Part shown: piece by piece, positions 56,762 to 64,000 of the stretch
Layout: every line of letters begins with the position of its first letter
Position numbering within the stretch: the stretch's first letter is position 1
Source: Mytilus californianus
Taxonomy: Eukaryota
NCBI RefSeq assembly: GCF_021869535.1
Contig: NW_026262712.1
Location: forward strand, 116,250,001-116,314,000
Length of the DNA stretch: 64,000 bases
Direction of reading: 5' to 3'
Notes under the pieces: model-generated
What the model saw: the letters and a program-made list of their open reading frames with translations, nothing else
Databases searched by the model: none
What the model was told of the DNA's origin: nothing
Made by a program: the position numbers and the translations under genes

Positions 56762-59700
56762 AGCAAGATTTCAGTCTGAAACGGTCATTTTAGTCTGATC
56801 AAGTCTTAATCGACTGGATTTACCGCTAGAGAAAAACGTCAAGACTTTTTCAGACTTTCAGACGCCGTTTCGATCGATAGTCCCATCAGGTAAATGAGTC
56901 CGCTAAGGCATGTCAAGATAAACAAGACTGAATGTTCTAGCGAGCGATAAAGATCTGTTAAGACGGTTTCAGACGAAATCAGACCAAACCTAAAAAAAAA
57001 CTTTCAAATTTGTCAGACCGTGTTTAGATCCATTCAGTATGCTAGTATGATACTACGAGTTACGCCCTTTCTGATTGATGATACATTTTAAATTGAAAAA
57101 TATATGCTAGAATTAAAAGCGTAACTTTCAAATAAATAAAAAAAGACAATCCTCTGTTGATTATTTATTTCTGTTGTTGTTTTGTTGAGGAATTAAAAAA
57201 TTATTCGTCTATAAATGTTGTTGGTTTTATTGTTTTAATTAATATTAGTTTATTTATTTTTTTATTTTTTTATTGTATATCGGTGAATAAAAGTTTACCA
57301 TTATTTGCTGAAAACTGTATTTCAAGATATAGAATTTATACATGTATATTAACTAAGGGTTATAAATATTAACCTCAGAAGTTACCGTATTTAAAACAGA
57401 TTTGCAAAAAAACGGAAATTGCGTGTATTGGAGAAATCGTTTTTTTTTTATGCAATCGTTTCTTACAAAACATGTATGTTATACACTAAACCTGGCAGGT
57501 AAAGAATGTAGTCGTTATCCCAAATAAAATGTGTACGGTAATTGATTTTCGTCTTTGAAAAGAAGTAACTGGACATTTTAAACTTAACAATATAAATTTA
57601 AGGAGATGTGGTATCATTGCCAATAAGAGAACTATCCGCCATATTTCAAGTAAAGTGGACATACGCAATTAAATTAACACATGTTAAGTATGTTTTATGT
57701 CAGGTGCTGTCGTTACCTTCCTAGTAAACTAGATATTTACTTTGGAGCATTTTATAAACTTGTTACTGTCGTGCGGGTTACTTTGTAAAACTTGGAAAAG
57801 TTTCTATTTTCTTAGATTGTATTGTACAATATATTTCTAAACAATGATTTACATCACAGAGTGGTGCATCTAAACATTGCCAATGCCGCCTAAGTGCATT
57901 AAGTTTCTAAAACTGCACTTAGCCCTTGATGAGACGGTAATAAAATTATAAATAAAATACCATCGGATAGAGCGTTTCATTAATACAATAAATTCTAATT
58001 TATTTTTCAAAACCCATAGAATTTTTAGTGTAACCAAGGATGTATATAGTAAGATCAAACGATCACCCACGAGATTCCAATCCTTCTTACTATATAAATC
58101 CTTGGCGTAATTTAGTATGTTCTGTTTTTAAAGATTGAGATCAATGACACGTGCTAGTAATCAACCGGGTCAACAGGTAATAAACCCAATGATCCATAAC
58201 GCATGAAAGAAGATTGGCAATTACATGACTATTTTACAATTACACCTATAATAGTATCATAGCTCAGTATGTGTAGTTTATAAAGTTCGAACAATATTAT
58301 AATGGCTTCTTTCTGAACACTATAAATGACACAGTTAACCCTAAACCTGAAGATATTGCAAAACCGCAACTTTGAGTAGTCATTAAATAGATTGGAGAAT
58401 AGCTGTAATAAGTGAAAAACCCAAAATTCCGGAGGAAGCAGTATATTCTTATATCTTGTCTTTCGGAAATACATTATTTCTTTTTGTTCATAGTTGTGTC
58501 CTCCGATACAAAATTTTACAAAAACATTTCAGTTCGGAAGTTTCCATAAAGTAACTAATCCTTAATTCACAACCGTCCATGTACATGCAAAAATCTGCAT
58601 TCATTTTTGATATTTACCTGAGAGATCATAGAAGACATATCTAACAAGAACTTCGATGGCAAAAATAAAAATAAATGGGTTTTTTTTTTTGTAGACGAGT
58701 AGCAATTTGAATGAGGAAATTTTGTTGAAATAAAATTAAAATATATGCACATTTTTCTAAGTAAAGTGACAAAAACACACATATAGAGTTACGCAGATGC
58801 AACAGAATTATTATATTAATAGTAATTTATGACTATTTTATAGATTAAAGGATTATAGGTCGAACACAACACTCGCTCAATGTACATAATTTAAATAGAG
58901 ACATATATATATACATGTGTATATATGTCTCTGATTTAAAACAGGTTTATTGGTTTTTTCTATAGATTGCATTCCGAAGTGCACATGCTTGGCTAAGATA
59001 GTTGAATGTTCAGCGAACAATATTACATGATATGCGAATAATATCAATCGAAAGCAAAAGAGAAAGATTTAAGTTTTGAAATCAAGGATTCCTTAATTTA
59101 AACATTTGAAACAGGTTTTTTAAGCACCAACATGCCTTCAACAAATCTTGAAATAATTACTTTTTATTACATATATTCTTTTTACAGTTTTTAGCCTTGA
59201 TAAATGAAGATTTATTAAATTTTAATCATTAAAAGGATATATTTCTTAACACCATGAAGGCGTTTAGGTACCAAGCCACTTTGACATTTTGTTTTTAAAA
59301 TTCGAAGTTAACACTGGTGCTCTAAAAACAAATCTGCTACGAAACAAAAATATAAACCGTACACTAGATTTATATATAATTATGTACATTTTCTTTTTAC
59401 CAATCGTTTCATTACTTATTCCGTTTTATATTTTTCTATAATATAGTTTGTTCTTTTATTAGTTCTTGCTAAAAAAGACTTGATGGTAAAAAACGTCAGA
59501 GAAGTATCAAAATCGGGCTTTATAGGTACCTATACTAAATATAAACTGTTACCTAGATTCTTGAAATATGCTTGTATTCTTGTTGCATTTATTTTGAAAT
59601 AAAGTTTTATAATTTGTAAATGTAATAATGTTACCCGGTGTATCCTTATTTATGATAAAACATGGAAATATATTTCACTTTACTTCCATGGATAAAACAG

Positions 59701-60539
59701 CCTCAGCGTTGCGTGGGTATTTATAATTATTAAAATAGTGTGTGACAATTCGTTTCGGTTGACTGCTCAGATAATCTGTATAATGAAATGTAAATAACTT
59801 TCACCAAACATCTGTCAAAAATTAAAAAATATAAAGTTAATAAGATACTCGGAATATATTTTCCTTGACAAATTTTATATGGCTAAGAACAATTATTTTA
59901 AATGACAGACGGAAATATGTTTAAGAACATTTTTGATATTTATTACTAATCATTATATTTTACAGACGGAATGAATAAATACTAGATTACTTAATGCCAG
60001 AAAGCACGTCTACAAAGTTTTTATGACTTACACACTTTTCCGGTTACAACAATTATTCTTTCCTTATATAACCAATTAAATATTGAGTATAACATCGGAA
60101 AAAAATGAATTGCAACTTTGCAAACGTTATTTAATGAAATAGACATACAATATAACATTAAAAGACCACAAAAGAATATCCTCCAAGCTTTTCCGATGTT
60201 ATTCATAAAGGGGGAACAACCCTGATAATTACATAGAAAGTGTCGCCCGTTTTGCATCCGAATATTTAAAATCTTAAAACGACTGAACACGATCTTGCAA
60301 AATCTAAACAGCATTTTTACCTTTGGTCTGATTTGATCTGAACGTGGTCTGATCAAGTTTTTATCGAACGCTAGAACAATCTGTCTTGTTTATCTTGACA
60401 TGACTATACGGACTGAACACGATATATCGGGACAGCGTCTGAAAGTCTGTAAAAGTCTTAACGATTTTCCCTAGCGGTAAAATCAGTGAAATTAAGACTT
60501 GATCAGACCAAAATGACCGTTTGAGACTGAAATCTTGCT
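56762..60539. mobile_element. 3.78-kb element with about 280-bp TIRs and a 3-bp ACT target-site duplication (PIF/Harbinger-superfamily-like, non-autonomous)
   Basis: First 49 bp AGCAAGATTTCAGTCT(G/C)AAACGGTCATTTT(A/G)GTCTGATCAAGTCTTAAT differ at 2 positions. Homology continues to about 57040/60280. ACT at 56759-61 and 60540-42. Confidence 0.6.
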
Positions 60540-61079
60540 ACTTGTGTGATGACTACATATGCAGCCGTCACACTGTCCCGATATTGACACCAGATGGTCA
60601 TACGAATATTGAATTTGAATTTCGTGTTAAAATTGGCCCCGAACTTGGTCAACAGCCAATCATCAGCCGAAGCAAGTACGATGCCTACAGCAGGTCACAC
60701 AATACCACCCGAACTACACACGCAGGCAATTAAAATATGTGACTTTTATTAAGATGTCTACCCGCAGGACAAACGAAGGCCAAAAAATGGCTAAACGTAT
60801 TGCGAGTATTATGCGTTCGAACTAGGCCACGAGGGCGTCACGAGTCCTGCTGATAGTATTAAACCTTGGGCCGACTGCGGCAAATTTAATTAAATTGCCT
60901 AATGTTTTGGTCCTTTACCCTTACTTTACAAGATATTTTAATTTCTATATTAAATTAATTTTCAATCAAAATTTCAAAAACTAAATTTATTTCTCTATAC
61001 ACATTATGCTTTACGTTACCATGCAATATGTGAAAATAACATTTGTTCATCATCACAGTGTCTATGTATGAATTTTACT

Positions 61080-61870
61080 GTCACTGCTTTGTAGCAGAAA
61101 TAACAGGATCATCCTGTCCTGTCATGGCACCGACATTTGAGGTAGGTATCTTCTGATTTGCCTTCCCTCCTTGGTTTCTTGTCATTACTAGGTAGGGATT
61201 TTTCATGAATTTATTGTTCGGACTTTCCTGGCCTTCCATTAGTAATGACTTATTGTTGATACTGGCATCGTGGTTGGAACCATCAGAGCCGACATTGATC
61301 TAGAGAAGTAGTAGTCTGCGTCGATCAAGGCTACAACAACAATGGAGAAGAAGCCATTGTAGTTTCTGTACACAGATCCAGTATTCCAAGGACAGATGAT
61401 CGCCACATGATTGCCATCCAGAGCACCATAGTAGTGTGGAAATTGATATCTATTCTCGAAGTGCACATCAATGGTGGCCCAATCCTCAGTTGTAGTAAGA
61501 TCACATCAGCAGCAAACTCGGTTTTGAAGACATCGCAGACTACATTGATGATAAGGGGCATGGCATTTGAAGCAACTCTAAAGTTGTAGGACAGGCTTGT
61601 ACAATTGTCAGGCTATGTGTCGTAGAGTTATGGACAACCCGAGACGTGATGGCGAGACTTTTTGTTCCATGTGTTCTTATCTATTCTGCCTTCTACCCTT
61701 CGCAGATCTTTCGTATAGGCCTCTATGAAATCTTGTCTGATTGTAGAAGGCCTTCTCATCTTCTGTCCTCAGCTCCTTTAGTAGTTATCTACATTTTTTT
61801 GTCAGACAGCCATTTCCTTACCCACATAGACATCGGTTTCCTCCCTCGTCTCGGTTTGTCACTGCCCTAG
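61080..61870 (-). pseudogene. Harbinger (DDE_Tnp_4, HARBI1-like) transposase remnant
   Basis: MWVRKWL, LLKELRTED, ITLRH, FRVASN, YQFPHYYGALDGNHVAIICP.NTGS.YRNYNGFFSIVVVALIDADY.F, (fs) DVGSDGSNHDAS; frameshifts and an internal deletion. Confidence 0.85.
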
Positions 61871-63284
61871 AAAATAAAAAGCAAAACAAGATAGATACAT
61901 TGCCGAATGATAGAAAGGCAAATAGCAAGAAATGTGACGTAAGGCAAGTTTTACCTGTAAGAGGAGTAAGGAGTTAGTGGGATCAAAGTATGTCATTCTG
62001 TAGGAACTGTATTGTGATCAACTGTAATTGAAGCTTTTGGGGCTACACAAGTCTATGTTCTGTAGAGTTCCTAAGGACTGTCTGAGGAAGATGGTCTATT
62101 GCTGGACTTTTAAATATTCACATTACCATTACACATGTGACTAAAATTTGGCTGTCTTCGTGGTCCAATCTCAATGTCATGCGTAATACGATTGCTACAC
62201 GACTGCATTGAAAGGGTTTCACGTTGTCGTGTTGCCTTCCTAAGACAATCGGACAGCTTCTTGTTTCCTTCGTATTGTCATCGTCAGGCGAAATATATCC
62301 GATGGCAGTAAAGATGGAGATAATTCGGTTTAATATGATGCCATCACGATGGCCTTATGAAGTGCAAAATGGACATACGAATTCAACACGAAAACAAACC
62401 TTCGCTAGGTCTTTTGGTAATTTTTTGGCATGCCAAAGATTTTGTTACTGAACCGCTTAAGATGCACACAAGAAACACCCGATGTGTTTACGTCAGACTC
62501 GAATTTGAACATTTCCTTTACCGTATGTCCATCTTAGCCAATTTCAGGACAGTGTGATGCAGGCATGAAGAAAAAATGCAGTTCTTTTTTTTAAGAAAAC
62601 ACAAAAAGTGACAAACAATCCTTTGTGAATCCTTAAGGAAAAATCACGTTTTGTATCTATAATGGTCACATATTTGAAACTTGATCTTTTCTCTGGCAGA
62701 TAATTCAGTAAAAGAAAAAGTTCATTTTATTTTTGAATAGGTATAACTTGGTTGATTTTTAATCAAAATTGATAGTGAAAGATCTGGCAACGCATTATTT
62801 TGATCGTGAAAGACGAGTTGTGACCTGACTTTGTGATATGAAAACATCAATGAAAGATCTACTTAAAAAAATTAGCATTGCCGGACATGTACTAATTCTC
62901 CATTCTCTTGTAATATGATACAAAATTCATGATGAGGCATACTATGTACTAAATCATCTGCTTAGCTTAATGTTCATTTCAGTTTATAAAGCACATTATG
63001 TTTCTAATAAAAAGGCTAAACGGTAGACACGTTAAGAATTTTCAAATATGAAGTAAAACATATAGTAGAATTATATAGTATTGCAAATATCGAGATAAGC
63101 TGTTTATTAACAAATTAAAGGTGATGAATAATTTGAGAAACAACTTATGTCATTTTATAGAATTAAGCTAGTAAAAAAAACCCAGATGTTGTCAATGTTA
63201 ATGCATGTGATACTGAAATTATAAATGTTCAATGTTAGAAAGTATCCACATATGTTATAGTTTGTACCTTGGGTGCCTGTGCTG

Positions 63285-63290
<6 letters not shown>

Positions 63291-63348
<58 letters not shown>
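63291..63348. repeat. (GT)29 microsatellite
   Basis: Direct count. Confidence 0.95.
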
Positions 63349-63352
<4 letters not shown>

Positions 63353-63545
63353 TTTTGGGAATAAATTTGTTTATAAAAGATATGCTTTAATAAGTTCACA
63401 TATGATGTGAAGAAAACAATATGCAATGTATGTATCATATAGTTTACTTACAAAAGTGCTCTTTACTCTGAGCAGAAATTGATGTAATTTTATAAAATTG
63501 AGCTGGTACTATTGTAGTCCAAATGGTACTGTCGTCTTGAAATAT

Positions 63546-63684
63546 AAAAAATGAGATTTTGTATGATTGCCAATGAGACAACTCTTCATAAGAGACCAAA
63601 TGACACAGAAATTAACAACTGTAGGTCACCGTACGGCCTTCAACAATGAGCAAAGCCCATACCGCATAGTCAGCTATAAAAGGC
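63546..63684 (+). repeat. Mytilus-type interspersed repeat (gagat..gtatgattgccaatgagacaac family)
   Basis: Near-identical reverse complement of 5057-5170. Confidence 0.8.
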
Positions 63685-64000
63685 TATTTATGTGTTTGAT
63701 TTGAAATCGCAGGAAGGCGTCAAAGCAAAAGTATAAAATAGCCTTTCCAAACGTCATAATTATTTGGACTAGTACTACTGGCAAAGCTGCAGAAAGTATT
63801 TTTTGTATACGTAGCTAAAGGAATGTGATACTGTAATTGCAGAAGTGTGTATGTACTTTGTACAAAATGTATTGTATAATTAAGTTGTAACAGAAAACAA
63901 AATGTATCAGTACAATAACTTACCTTTTCGAATCATTATTCCAAATTTTCAAAACCTCGTCCATTCATGGCGTTGTCAGTTTTTTTTTTTTTCGATCTAT

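Noticed and set aside
62224-62560. Second (Myb/SANT) gene or TIR of the Harbinger element
   Set aside because: No recognisable motif and no matching inverted end near 60760-60900 could be established by eye.

Overview
AT-rich eukaryotic genomic DNA with one 214-N gap. It is most likely from a bivalve of the genus Mytilus, inferred from recognisable interspersed-repeat and retrozyme sequences. No prokaryotic features or CRISPR array were found. Host genes: (i) the last three coding exons of a protein-tyrosine-phosphatase-fold gene (467-7284, +) that has lost every catalytic motif, and (ii) an immunoglobulin-domain gene (candidate signal-peptide exon(s) near 24.7 kb, Ig exon 28363-28605, +). 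The rest is mostly mobile DNA. It includes a decayed L2/CR1-group LINE between 200-bp direct repeats, an apparently intact intron-containing piggyBac (34104-38691), a tandem array of tRNA-carrying mini-LTR units (Helenus/TRIM-like, 38948-39650), a Ginger/KRBA2-type integrase remnant, a 5.7-kb head-to-head palindrome of a Neptune-clade Penelope-like element (44175-49833), Naiad-type PLE tails, several TIR elements and a Harbinger remnant. The least obvious layer is more than a dozen type I hammerhead-ribozyme motifs from about six sequence families. One family sits directly in front of a tRNA-derived Pol III head in a 439-bp tandem unit that flanks the Neptune palindrome. All alignments, folds and identities were done by eye; exon and TIR junction coordinates were counted, while diffuse repeat boundaries are approximate.
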